A DNA stretch of 64,000 nt from a virus. Of the stretch, positions 19,492 through 29,090 are shown piece after piece; within the stretch, counting starts at the first letter, position 1, and each line of letters opens with the position of its first letter. The DNA lies in the IMG/VR virus record IMGVR_UViG_3300032435_000001. One strand, given 5' to 3'. Position numbers and translations under genes: made by a program. The notes beneath the pieces were generated by a model that worked only from the letters and a program-made list of their open reading frames with translations, made no database searches and was not told the origin of the DNA.

Positions 19492-19812
19492 ATGGCTGAA
19501 TATTTTGATAGGTATGATAAATTTAGAACCAACAATGGTACTAAACCAATCCCAGGTTTAAATATATCAATTCAACCTAGTGATAAGCAAGTTGTTTATA
19601 AGGTTGGTAAAACAAGGCTTGATAAGTTAAGTGATAAATATTATGGTAACCCATATCACGGTTGGTTAATTTTATTAGCCAACCCAAAAAAAGGTGGGTT
19701 AGAATTTAATATTGATAATAATGAGGTGATTAGAATCCCATTCCCATTTAGGAGTGCTTTGGAGCGTTATGATGCTGAGGTTGATAAATATTTGAGGTTA
19801 TATGGTGGATAA
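19492..19812 (+). CDS. LysM-like baseplate wedge protein (gp53/gpX-like)
   Basis: RLDKLSDKYYGNPYHGWLILLANP...VIRIP motif. Confidence 0.8.
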   Translation: MAEYFDRYDKFRTNNGTKPIPGLNISIQPSDKQVVYKVGKTRLDKLSDKYYGNPYHGWLILLANPKKGGLEFNIDNNEVIRIPFPFRSALERYDAEVDKYLRLYGG

Positions 19813-22800
19813 TACAAATAACAACGCAACTAACGCTGGTAAAGTAATATATGTTGACCCAAACCCAAAGGGTAATATAATTAAAACACCAGAAGATTTC
19901 GCTATTAGCGTTGAACTAGTAACGACTAAAAAAAAACGTACAGCTATTGAGATTGTTAAAGGTGGTGATACGTATGTTGATACTGGTAGTTCTAAAACTA
20001 AAATAAGTTTTATTGATGGGTCAAAAGTTAATGGTGAAGGTGTTCAGAAATCTTTAACAACTCTATATACTGAGGTTGGTAACAATTTTAATAAAACTAA
20101 TACTGATTTAGAAACGCTTGGTATTTCTAACATATCAATTGAATTTAATTCATCTTACGCACCTATGGTTTCAATTGATTTTGTTGATACTAGAGGTAAG
20201 TTATTCGAGATGGGTAATAATTCACCGTATAGCGTTTTTTTTGAATTACCATTTCCAGTTTTTGAGTTAACTGTTAAAGGTTTTTATGGTTCGGCTGTAA
20301 AATATAAACTACATTTATATAAATTTAATGGTAAATTTAACTCATCAAAAGGTAGTTTTGAGGTTAAGTGTAATTTCATTGGTTATACGTATGCGTTTTT
20401 ATCGGACATATTAATTGGTTATTTAAAAGCTTTACCTTATACAAATATAGGTGGTAAGATAATAGATGAGTTAAACGCATTAAATGTGGGTACTAAAAAT
20501 AATTTCTTAACTTTTGATGAGTTAAACGTTGGGATTAAGAAATTAAGTAACGATATAAAGGTTTTGAAAAGTGATAATGTTGATGTGCAAGTATTAAGTT
20601 TAAGTGGTAAGTTAACAAGCTCTTTAAGTGAATTTAAAAGTACTTTCGAAGCTGAATTTATAAATATTTTAAATACTACTAATGATATTACTGGTGGTGG
20701 TGGTGGTGGTAAATGGGGAGCAAATATTTTAACTGATACTACAGCACCTACAATTAGTAGTGTTATTGAAACATATAATACTAATATAACTAATAAAATT
20801 AAAGAATTAAATAAAAATGAGGGTGGTTTAGGTTCTAAATACCCATTGGATTTAAATTTATTTTTAGCTACAGAGGGTGTTACCTACCTTAAAGATTTAA
20901 CTGTGAAAGGTCCTGATGTTTTTAAAGGTAAAACTAAATTAGTTAGTGATGTTTATGATAGGGTTAATTTCATATTATTAACTAATATGAAATTAGCTGA
21001 GGAAAAAACTGTTAATTTATTTATATTTGATAAGGCAATCGACTCTATAAATCAAATAATAGCTAGTTTATCATCAGATAGTAAACAAATTGTTAATACG
21101 TTAGGTGATGATTACACAAACATGGTTGGAGATGCTTTCCCAGATGGGAATTTCACATCATCTTTAGGTGATTTTTTTAGAATATTGTGTAATCACGTTG
21201 ATATTTTTTTAGATGTTATTCGTCAAGTTGCAGTTGCGGCTGAAAAAGATAAAATTGATAGAAAGAAACAATTAGAGGGTATTGATTTTGGTGAAGGTTT
21301 AACGAAATTTAATGGTGGTACTAATGATGATATAGGTAGTATAAAAGCTTTTCCTGATTATAGAGAGAAGAATACTGATAACACGTTAGAAGATAAGTGG
21401 ATTGGGGTTAAGGCACCTAATATGCCAGAAGTTATGTTAGTTGAGGAGATATTAAACGGTTTAATTAAATCCAAAATTAAAGATGATGAGGTTTTGGAGG
21501 AGATTACTAATAACGAATCCTCAACCACTACTCAAGATTGGATTCCTGTTAACCCTTTTGATACCGTTATTTACTATAAATCTAACCCATACGAATCTTT
21601 AAAAGAGGAAGGTAGAGATTATGATTATTTAAGGTTATCACTTTTTAGGTTTATAACACTTAATGGTTTTACTAATTCAGGTCTTACTCCTGATGAGATA
21701 AAAGCTTTTGCTATAGCCGAGGCTAACACTATTTTTAATTCAATTAAAAATAATGAGGTTAAACTTAATTTTAAGAGTTTAACTTATGCTAGTATAACAG
21801 ATGGTTTTTCTAGTGCTAATCCTAATGCTAATGCTAATTATAAGAATTACTCAACCAAAACCCCATCCGCAACCGCAACCCCAACCGCAACTACAACCGC
21901 ATTTACCACAGGCGCACTTCCCACAGGCCAACTTGACTTAAGTGTTACAACACCACCTAATGTAGTCAGCAATGTCAAAACTAGAGTTATTAGTCTTGCC
22001 ACAAGTGGAGAAAGGTATTTTTATACATATACACCAACAAAAAATAATGATGGTTCGTTATCAAATAAAATACAATTCATACCATTTAGGGTTGATAGTA
22101 GAAAAGATTTAAGTGGTGACTCTAATAATGATTTATCAAATTCTGATAGGGTTACACAAAGAGATGGTGGTAAAAAGACTTTTTACAATCCTTTATATTA
22201 CGTTAAACAAGCGCAAGAAGATGGAAAACGTAATAAATTAGATAATGGAACAACATTTATTGATTTCTTAACTATATCTGATTACAATAGAGAATCACCA
22301 TCTTTTGTTGATTATGTTGCTGCTGGGCTTGAAAAATCAGTTGAACCATTAACCATGTCAGCTGAAAATAAAATTACTGGTGGTTTATTTCTAGGTAAAT
22401 TTGGTGTACTTGATTATGCTAGTATTAAAAATTCTAATGGTATTGATATGTTGTCAAAAACATTATTTTATAATAACCCTAAAAAAACAACTTTTTTTTA
22501 TACCGCTATTAAAGAAAAAGCCGATAACTCATCTTACTTCACTGTAGATAGTAATCTTAAAGTTGTCCCTATGAATAAAACAGCGGTCACTAGTTTTGAG
22601 TCAAATATTAATCCTGTAGTCGTTGCTAATGAGCGTTATGTAGCTATCACTGATGAGGTTTTGTATGGTAAAATTAATAAAGGTGATTTAAATGATGTTA
22701 ATATATCTAATTTAGATTTAACCCCTGGCTACTCACTATTTGGTAGTGATATGTATTATTTCCAAGATAACTTTGGTAAGGCTTTTCTATTTTTAGGGTC

Positions 22801-25375
22801 ACTACCAATTAAAACTGGTGTTTCTACTGCTTTAAATGAGACTATTTTAGGTCTATTTAATTATAGGGGTGGTTTTGTTGATGTACCATATTCTTGGATT
22901 TTACGATTAGGTTCAATTATTTACAGAATGGAAAAAGGGCTTAAGGGTGATGGGGATATAATAAAATATAAAACTTCTACATACGATTTAGCCCCTAGGG
23001 GTTCTATAGAGGTAAACCTAGGAAGTAATAAACTTTTATTTCTATCAAGTAGTGATGGGACTAATGTTATTTTAGATGGTAAAATTAGTTATGATATTGA
23101 TGCCATCATAACGGGTTTCCCTCAACAAGTTAGGGATAAATTCTCTAAAGAATTTGAGAGTTGGGTTAACGGTGATTTTGAAAAAATAATGAGTGAATTT
23201 GAAATTTTCAAACCTAACACTAAAAATGTTGAAAGATATAAATTCTGGGGTAGACTAAACAAAGGTTTAAAAAGTAATTTGAATGTGACTTTAAAAGATA
23301 GTATTTTAAGTGATAATTTTTTAAAAAATTACAACTTGATATTAGCTAATTATAATGATACTAAATACAAGGCCGGTGTTAGTAGTGTTCTTACTGAAAA
23401 TGAAGTTCTTCTTGAAATGAGGAAATTTGATAGTCATAGTTATTTTAATTTCGTACTAGGTTTCAAACCTGATAGTGAGGGTGTTAAATTACTTAAAGAT
23501 TTTATTTTTGACAGTAGGGTAATCACAAATGCGGCCCCTAATATTTGGGAAAAACACGATGTAAATGACACATCGTCTCATCTTGGTGTTAGTGTAACTA
23601 ATTACAAACTTTATTACACGACTTTAGTGAATACGTATGCTACTTTAAGTGAAGATACCACTATCACAGTTAATACTGAAAATGAGGTTAAAGCTCAAAT
23701 ATTCAACTCTATTGATAATGATGATATAAAACTAAACATATATAAGAAATTAAAACTCATATATGATAAGTGGGTTTGCGGTAGTAGCACTAGATATGAG
23801 GATATTAAAGGTGATTTATTTGATAGTTTTAAATTTTTAGATAGAGGTTATAATGATATAACTAGCACTTTTTTAATTAACCCAGTTGTTATGAATGAGC
23901 ACCTTATAGGTAGTTATAATCAAAGTTTTTACTCCTATATTGGTAAAGTTTTACCAGATAACAACATTGATTTCTTCTCATTACCATCATATATAGATTA
24001 TAATAGTAGTGCTGAATTAAGTAATGTTTTTAAACCATATATGTATAATAACGTACCTAAAAATTCTGGTCCATCATTTATATGTATGTATATTGGGGAA
24101 AGGTCTAGTCAATTAAATTTAACTGAAGATGGTTCTTATGTGGACGATTCTTTCAACCTTAACATTAATGATGATAAAACTCTTGATTTAACTGATTTCC
24201 CACCAGACATGGTACAAGGTGATAGAAAACTACCTGTTTTTATGGTTAATTATGGTGATGATAATCAGAGTGTCTTTAATGATATTCAGTTGGACCAATC
24301 AGAATTCACTGCAACTGATGAGTACCTAACAACCGTTGATGAGATAACCAATAGTCGTGGTATCGGTCAAAATTTATTTGATATTTATAACACTAGAGCC
24401 TACACAGCTAATGTTGAGATGTTAGGTAACGCCATGATACAACCATTAATGTATTTTCAGTTAAATGGTATACCTATTTTTAGAGGTTTGTATAATATTA
24501 TTAAGGTAAAACATGATATAACACCTAATTCTATGAAAACCAATTTTACTGGTGTTAGGTCTCGTAAAACTAAAAGTAAGTTAGTAGATAAATCTACAAT
24601 ATTTTTGAACGTGTTAGGTTCATTATCCGACATAGTAACCGATGGTTCGACTTTAGATGGTAGTGGTAGAACCTCTAGTGGTGCTAGTAATAGTGAACTA
24701 TCTAAACATATTATTTACCAATTAAGTACAGGTAAAGGTATTGCATCTAAAACCGTAACTAATAATTACGGTCTTAAAGATGTGGTTGATTTCTTAACGT
24801 TATTAGGTGTAAGATGGAATGATTTTGTAGTGGGAGGTGGAAAAAATTACTCACCTGTGATTAGAGTTAATGACCTGTCTAAAAGAGAAGGTGAATTAAT
24901 CACGACTGTTAAGGATAATAAAACAGTACCAACTCATAAGTCGCATAACAATGGTGTTGATGTTGATATTAGACCATTCATTAAAGACCCTAAGGCGAAT
25001 GAAGGTGTTAATATCAAGGGTGAAAACAGTAAATACTCTAGAGAGGCTACTGACGCTTTTTTCGACATTTTATTAACATTAAATGGTGAGTATAAAGGGT
25101 GGGGTAAAAACTCACCTATTAATGTGATTTATTTTAACGATGAAGTAATAATAAGTAAGTACAATAAGAAGGTTTATAACGGTAAATCAGCTAGAGTTCA
25201 AGAAGAGAAAGGTCATGATACCCATTTACACATACAATTTAACACACCAGAAGCATTATCATCTGGTACGTTAGATTCTGGGATACCAACGGAAGCTGGT
25301 TTACTTGTGAAAGTATCAGCTAAACTTGTTAATTCTAACTTTGATTCTTCAAAAAAATATTTAGGTGAATTATGA
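19802..25375 (+). CDS. Baseplate hub protein (gp27/VgrG-like ends) with a C-terminal MepA/M74-like Zn peptidase domain
   Basis: N-terminal LGISNISI..P.VSIDFVD.RG...FELTVKGFYG. Later VEMLGNAMIQPLMYFQL..IPIFRGLYNIIKVKHDIT hub signature. Then THKSHNNGVDVDIR...GHDTHLHIQF. Confidence 0.75.
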   Translation: MVDNTNNNATNAGKVIYVDPNPKGNIIKTPEDFAISVELVTTKKKRTAIEIVKGGDTYVDTGSSKTKISFIDGSKVNGEGVQKSLTTLYTEVGNNFNKTNTDLETLGISNISIEFNSSYAPMVSIDFVDTRGKLFEMGNNSPYSVFFELPFPVFELTVKGFYGSAVKYKLHLYKFNGKFNSSKGSFEVKCNFIGYTYAFLSDILIGYLKALPYTNIGGKIIDELNALNVGTKNNFLTFDELNVGIKKLSNDIKVLKSDNVDVQVLSLSGKLTSSLSEFKSTFEAEFINILNTTNDITGGGGGGKWGANILTDTTAPTISSVIETYNTNITNKIKELNKNEGGLGSKYPLDLNLFLATEGVTYLKDLTVKGPDVFKGKTKLVSDVYDRVNFILLTNMKLAEEKTVNLFIFDKAIDSINQIIASLSSDSKQIVNTLGDDYTNMVGDAFPDGNFTSSLGDFFRILCNHVDIFLDVIRQVAVAAEKDKIDRKKQLEGIDFGEGLTKFNGGTNDDIGSIKAFPDYREKNTDNTLEDKWIGVKAPNMPEVMLVEEILNGLIKSKIKDDEVLEEITNNESSTTTQDWIPVNPFDTVIYYKSNPYESLKEEGRDYDYLRLSLFRFITLNGFTNSGLTPDEIKAFAIAEANTIFNSIKNNEVKLNFKSLTYASITDGFSSANPNANANYKNYSTKTPSATATPTATTTAFTTGALPTGQLDLSVTTPPNVVSNVKTRVISLATSGERYFYTYTPTKNNDGSLSNKIQFIPFRVDSRKDLSGDSNNDLSNSDRVTQRDGGKKTFYNPLYYVKQAQEDGKRNKLDNGTTFIDFLTISDYNRESPSFVDYVAAGLEKSVEPLTMSAENKITGGLFLGKFGVLDYASIKNSNGIDMLSKTLFYNNPKKTTFFYTAIKEKADNSSYFTVDSNLKVVPMNKTAVTSFESNINPVVVANERYVAITDEVLYGKINKGDLNDVNISNLDLTPGYSLFGSDMYYFQDNFGKAFLFLGSLPIKTGVSTALNETILGLFNYRGGFVDVPYSWILRLGSIIYRMEKGLKGDGDIIKYKTSTYDLAPRGSIEVNLGSNKLLFLSSSDGTNVILDGKISYDIDAIITGFPQQVRDKFSKEFESWVNGDFEKIMSEFEIFKPNTKNVERYKFWGRLNKGLKSNLNVTLKDSILSDNFLKNYNLILANYNDTKYKAGVSSVLTENEVLLEMRKFDSHSYFNFVLGFKPDSEGVKLLKDFIFDSRVITNAAPNIWEKHDVNDTSSHLGVSVTNYKLYYTTLVNTYATLSEDTTITVNTENEVKAQIFNSIDNDDIKLNIYKKLKLIYDKWVCGSSTRYEDIKGDLFDSFKFLDRGYNDITSTFLINPVVMNEHLIGSYNQSFYSYIGKVLPDNNIDFFSLPSYIDYNSSAELSNVFKPYMYNNVPKNSGPSFICMYIGERSSQLNLTEDGSYVDDSFNLNINDDKTLDLTDFPPDMVQGDRKLPVFMVNYGDDNQSVFNDIQLDQSEFTATDEYLTTVDEITNSRGIGQNLFDIYNTRAYTANVEMLGNAMIQPLMYFQLNGIPIFRGLYNIIKVKHDITPNSMKTNFTGVRSRKTKSKLVDKSTIFLNVLGSLSDIVTDGSTLDGSGRTSSGASNSELSKHIIYQLSTGKGIASKTVTNNYGLKDVVDFLTLLGVRWNDFVVGGGKNYSPVIRVNDLSKREGELITTVKDNKTVPTHKSHNNGVDVDIRPFIKDPKANEGVNIKGENSKYSREATDAFFDILLTLNGEYKGWGKNSPINVIYFNDEVIISKYNKKVYNGKSARVQEEKGHDTHLHIQFNTPEALSSGTLDSGIPTEAGLLVKVSAKLVNSNFDSSKKYLGEL

Positions 25376-26004
25376 TGAGTAATAAAGAAAAAGCAGTATT
25401 AGATTTAATAGCGTTCGCTGAGGGTACTTTAGGTGTTTCGCAGAATGGTTATGATGTATCATATAATCATTACACAATTAAGGGTTGGACACCTGATACA
25501 ACTATGAAACATGGTGGTGACAAATGGTTAAAACAACAAGGTTTCGTATTTAAAATAAAAGGTGTGAATATTACCGACATAGCCGCTGGTAGATATCAAT
25601 TCCTATTTAGCACTTGGAATGACCCCAGTGGAGGTCAAGGTCTGGCGTTCAGTAAAAATAATCAAGATTTAACCGCTTTAAAATTAGTTAAACGAAGATT
25701 AGGTTTTAAAGATTTTGAGGATAGAAGTGTTTCTATTGATGACTTATCTGCGAATAAAGCTGATAGAGAAAAATTTGACATTTTTTTAAATAAAATTTCC
25801 CCTGAATGGGCTTCAATACCAGTAAGTAAAGATATGATTAGGTATTATAGGGGTAAAGATAAAAAGGTTCATAATCAAAAAGCGATTAAAAAGGGAGATT
25901 CATTTTACGGTCAACTTGATGAAACTAAGAAACAAACTATAAATCCTGATAGTTTATACAGAATTTTTTTAGAAGCTTTAAGGTTATATGATGCTAAAAA
26001 ATAG
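25372..26004 (+). CDS. Lambda-type lysozyme/lytic transglycosylase (GH104-like)
   Basis: LDLIAFAEGT (catalytic Glu), GYDV, AAGRYQFL..TW, FS..NQD..A and EWASIP motifs. Confidence 0.85.
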   Translation: MMSNKEKAVLDLIAFAEGTLGVSQNGYDVSYNHYTIKGWTPDTTMKHGGDKWLKQQGFVFKIKGVNITDIAAGRYQFLFSTWNDPSGGQGLAFSKNNQDLTALKLVKRRLGFKDFEDRSVSIDDLSANKADREKFDIFLNKISPEWASIPVSKDMIRYYRGKDKKVHNQKAIKKGDSFYGQLDETKKQTINPDSLYRIFLEALRLYDAKK

Positions 26005-26012
26005 TATATTTG
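26005..26012 (+). promoter_or_regulatory. Bacteroidota-type -7 element TATATTTG, 4 nt before ATG
   Basis: Consensus match. The spacing implies a near-leaderless mRNA. Confidence 0.55.
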
Positions 26013-26016
26013 CCAA

Positions 26017-26616
26017 ATGATAGGTAATATAGTAAGTGATATTGATGTAAATGTAGGTTGTGAGTTTAACTATTCTAAAAGTTTAGATGGTATAGACTCA
26101 CAACTACCTACATTAATTATTGGTTTCGACTTATCTAAAGAATTGTTAAATAGTGTTGACGTTTTAAATAGAAAAGTTAATGATAGTTTATTTTGGACAT
26201 TCACGAAAAGGGAGTATAGAAAATTGTTTAATAATGATATAGAAGATTTTACGCAATTTTGTTACACAACGTCAGTTAATCAAATAAGTTATATTTATAT
26301 TGATTTATTACAAATGAAACCAACTACTTTATTTAAAATATATCGTAAGATAAACTCACTAAATAACTTATATTCATACGAATATGATAATAAAATGTTA
26401 TATATATATTCAGATAACTTAATATTTGGCTTTGACTTAGAATTATATACTTTTGTTGGTGGGGATGTTGAAAAGGTTAAAACTAAAATAAAAGATAAAA
26501 GTTTGGTCTTTTTGAGTGGTAATGGGGTATATATAGAGTATACAAATTATATGGAAAGGTTAAATTACGAACCTAAGTACATACCATATTTGGAATACTT
26601 AAATAAAAATGAATAA
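26017..26616 (+). CDS. Hypothetical protein
   Basis: 199 aa ORF with LPTLIIG and FWTF motifs. Confidence 0.6.
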   Translation: MIGNIVSDIDVNVGCEFNYSKSLDGIDSQLPTLIIGFDLSKELLNSVDVLNRKVNDSLFWTFTKREYRKLFNNDIEDFTQFCYTTSVNQISYIYIDLLQMKPTTLFKIYRKINSLNNLYSYEYDNKMLYIYSDNLIFGFDLELYTFVGGDVEKVKTKIKDKSLVFLSGNGVYIEYTNYMERLNYEPKYIPYLEYLNKNE

Positions 26617-27016
26617 AACACTACTATTAGCCTCTTTTGTTTATCTTGATAAGATAGATGAAAGGAAAAAACATTTGAAAGAAAACTTCAACATAGATGA
26701 AAATAATGTATTCATCTATGAAATTGAGGGTGAACAAGAAAAATTTCTCATCACTTTCAAAATTATAGTAGAGAATGGTGAAAGATTGGACATTAAAAAA
26801 CATTTTAAGAATACGATTCTAATTCATAAGAAATCATCAACACTATACACTATAAATGCGTTAAATGAGTTAATCATATCACAACATAAACTAAACCCAT
26901 TATTAAAACATAATTTTAAAGAATATAAAATTGATTGGGTTAATTATGAGAGTAAATTATTAATGATTAATAATAATAATTTAACTTCGTTAAGTTTAAA
27001 TAGAATTTTCCCTTAA
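26609..27016 (+). CDS. Hypothetical protein
   Basis: 135 aa with IHKKSSTLYTINALN and IDWVNY motifs. Overlaps the upstream stop. Confidence 0.65.
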   Translation: MNKTLLLASFVYLDKIDERKKHLKENFNIDENNVFIYEIEGEQEKFLITFKIIVENGERLDIKKHFKNTILIHKKSSTLYTINALNELIISQHKLNPLLKHNFKEYKIDWVNYESKLLMINNNNLTSLSLNRIFP

Positions 27017-27059
27017 TTGCGTATATTTATTATTAAATAATAAACTTAAAAAAAATGTT

Positions 27060-27221
27060 ATGTTAGATAAAAAGATTGAAAAAAAATTAGATAAATTTCT
27101 AAACCCTTTAGATACTGAAGAATGTTTAAGTGATGAATGTGTTATTAAATCTGATAAAAGTATTGTTGAAAGAATAAATAAAAAAGTTATTACTGAAGAC
27201 GGTAGACAATTATTAACTTAA
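27060..27221 (+). CDS. Small hypothetical protein, 53 aa (absent from the ORF track)
   Basis: MLDKKIEKKLDKFLNPLDTEECLSDECVIKSDKSIVERINKKVITEDGRQLLT. Follows TATTTATT at 27024 and abuts the next ATG. Confidence 0.7.
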   Translation: MLDKKIEKKLDKFLNPLDTEECLSDECVIKSDKSIVERINKKVITEDGRQLLT

Positions 27222-27222
27222 T

Positions 27223-27930
27223 ATGAAAAAACCAATGAAATCGTTAAATGAGGAATTGAAAAAATTCCAAAAAATAATTGAATATAATCATTACACTCCT
27301 GAGAATTACCATGAGGATGATTTATCTATTGTGATGGAGGACGAACCAGAAATGGGAGATGAAGATGGTATGGGTACCGAACCAGAAATGGGGGGTGAAG
27401 ATGACATGGGTAACGAACCAGAAATGGGCGGTGAAGATGAAATGGTTAGTGAACCAGAAACGGGAGATGAAGATGAAATGGTTAGTGAACCAGAAACGGG
27501 AGATGAAGTGGAAATTGATATCACCCAATTAGTTCAAGGTACTGAGGATGCTAAAATGTTAGCCCAACAATCTAATCAAAAGATTGATATGTTAATGAAC
27601 CAATTTGATGAATTAACAAATAAGATATCTAATATAGATAATATATCAAATAGAATTGAAGGTCTTAGTGCTGAAATGGAGAAAAGATTACCTACTGACC
27701 AAGAAAAATTGGAAATGAGGTCTTTAAGTTCTTACCCTTATAATCAAAAACTTACTGATTATTGGTTTGATAAAGAAGGTACTTACGATGTTATGGGTAA
27801 TAAAGAGGAAAATAAACCTAAAGAGTATGTCTTAACTAAAAACGATGTTGATTCTGGTTATAGTGATGGTAAAATAAAGGCATCATTTAACTCAAATAAC
27901 GATAATGAATTCGAGGAGGAAGATATTTAA
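27223..27930 (+). CDS. Acidic coiled-coil protein (scaffold/internal-head-like)
   Basis: SLNEELKKF N-terminus, acidic repeats, coiled coil and LEMRSLSSYPYNQKLTDYW. Confidence 0.55.
   Translation: MKKPMKSLNEELKKFQKIIEYNHYTPENYHEDDLSIVMEDEPEMGDEDGMGTEPEMGGEDDMGNEPEMGGEDEMVSEPETGDEDEMVSEPETGDEVEIDITQLVQGTEDAKMLAQQSNQKIDMLMNQFDELTNKISNIDNISNRIEGLSAEMEKRLPTDQEKLEMRSLSSYPYNQKLTDYWFDKEGTYDVMGNKEENKPKEYVLTKNDVDSGYSDGKIKASFNSNNDNEFEEEDI
27343..27507 (+). repeat. 36-bp tandem repeat, about 4.6 copies (EPEMGDEDGMGT-like)
   Basis: Units start at 27343, 27379, 27415, 27451 and 27487. Confidence 0.9.
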
Positions 27931-27956
27931 TAAGTAAAAAAAATACTACATATATT

Positions 27957-27986
27957 AAAAAAAACCGCTAAATAGCGGTTTTTTTT
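27957..27986 (+). terminator. Intrinsic terminator
   Basis: AAAAAAAACCGCTA-AA-TAGCGGTTTTTTTT. Confidence 0.85.
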
Positions 27987-28027
27987 ATATCTTATTTCAT
28001 TAACTTGTGATTTAAAATAAAAGTTGG

Positions 28028-28035
28028 TATATTTG
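28028..28035 (+). promoter_or_regulatory. Bacteroidota-type -7 element TATATTTG for the replication operon
   Basis: Consensus match, with TTG about 20 nt upstream. Confidence 0.6.
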
Positions 28036-28122
28036 TTAAGTATTAGAATAAACACTTTACTTTTAAAACTTTTAAAGTATATTTTAATAAATAAATAAAT
28101 AAAATAAAATAAAATTATCATT

Positions 28123-28992
28123 ATGAGTTCATTAGATGCTATATTAGCACAGTACGAAAAAAACGAGAGACCATCAAGTGGGAGAAAAGTTACAGATTTA
28201 AAAGATTATTTCACAACTTATTTACCTGATGGTCAAAATTCAAAAACTAAAACGATTAGAATTTTACCTATGGCAGATGGCTCATCACCGTTCGTAGAAG
28301 TTTACGGACATTCTATTCAAGTTGATGGGGCATGGAGAAAATTTATGTGTCCAAAACACCAAAAAAATGAACCTTGTCCATTTTGCGAAGCTAGGGAACT
28401 TTTATTAGCATCTGGTAAAGAAAGCGACAAGGAGTTAGCTAAAAAATACAACGCTAGAAAGATGTACATAGTTAAATTAATCGATAGAGAATTTGAGGAG
28501 GAAGGTCCTAAGTTCTGGAGATTTAACCATGACTTTAGAAAAACTGGTGTTTTCGACAAAATTGTAGATTTACTTAAGTCTGGTGTTGGGGAAATAATGC
28601 ACCCTGAAGTTGGTAGAGATTTATCAGTTAACATCTCAAGAGACCAATTGAAAAAGCCATTCGTTTCGTCAATTATACACAAAGACATTTCACCTTTATC
28701 AACTAACCCAGAGTTATCTAAAACTTTTTTATCAGACGAAAGAACTTGGGAAGATATCTACGCAGTTAAATCTTATGATTATTTATTTATAATAGTGTCT
28801 GGTGGTATTCCATTTTATGATAAAGACGCTAAGAAATATGTTGATAAGAAAAATATCAAAGAAGGTAACGATTTATCTGACGCTGATTATGGTAGTGGTT
28901 TAACGATTACTAAAGAAAGTTTTGCAACTAATAACACATCTAGTTCATCTAGTTCATCTAGTAATGACTCACCAGATGATTTACCGTTTTAA
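28123..28992 (+). CDS. Single-stranded DNA-binding protein (T4 gp32-like)
   Basis: IRILP, H..CP....PCPFCE Zn site, GPKFWRF, GRDL, and an acidic DDLPF C-terminal tail. Confidence 0.88.
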   Translation: MSSLDAILAQYEKNERPSSGRKVTDLKDYFTTYLPDGQNSKTKTIRILPMADGSSPFVEVYGHSIQVDGAWRKFMCPKHQKNEPCPFCEARELLLASGKESDKELAKKYNARKMYIVKLIDREFEEEGPKFWRFNHDFRKTGVFDKIVDLLKSGVGEIMHPEVGRDLSVNISRDQLKKPFVSSIIHKDISPLSTNPELSKTFLSDERTWEDIYAVKSYDYLFIIVSGGIPFYDKDAKKYVDKKNIKEGNDLSDADYGSGLTITKESFATNNTSSSSSSSSNDSPDDLPF

Positions 28993-29010
28993 GGTAAGTA
29001 ATTTAATGAT

Positions 29011-29046
29011 AAATAAGGTAAAACCATATATGGTTTTACCTTATTT
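29011..29046. terminator. Perfect 36-bp palindrome after SSB (terminator or mRNA-stabilising hairpin)
   Basis: AAATAAGGTAAAACCATA|TATGGTTTTACCTTATTT. Confidence 0.65.
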
Positions 29047-29090
29047 TATCTTAAAATTTTAAAAATAATAAGTTTAAATATAAATATAAA

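Noticed and set aside
4079-25375. Bacterial contractile injection system or tailocin
   Set aside because: The tail genes are interleaved with phage replication genes (SSB, recombinase, helicase, primase, RNR), which indicates a phage genome.
27343-27507. CRISPR-like array of 36-bp units
   Set aside because: The units are contiguous, in-frame coding repeats with no unique spacers.
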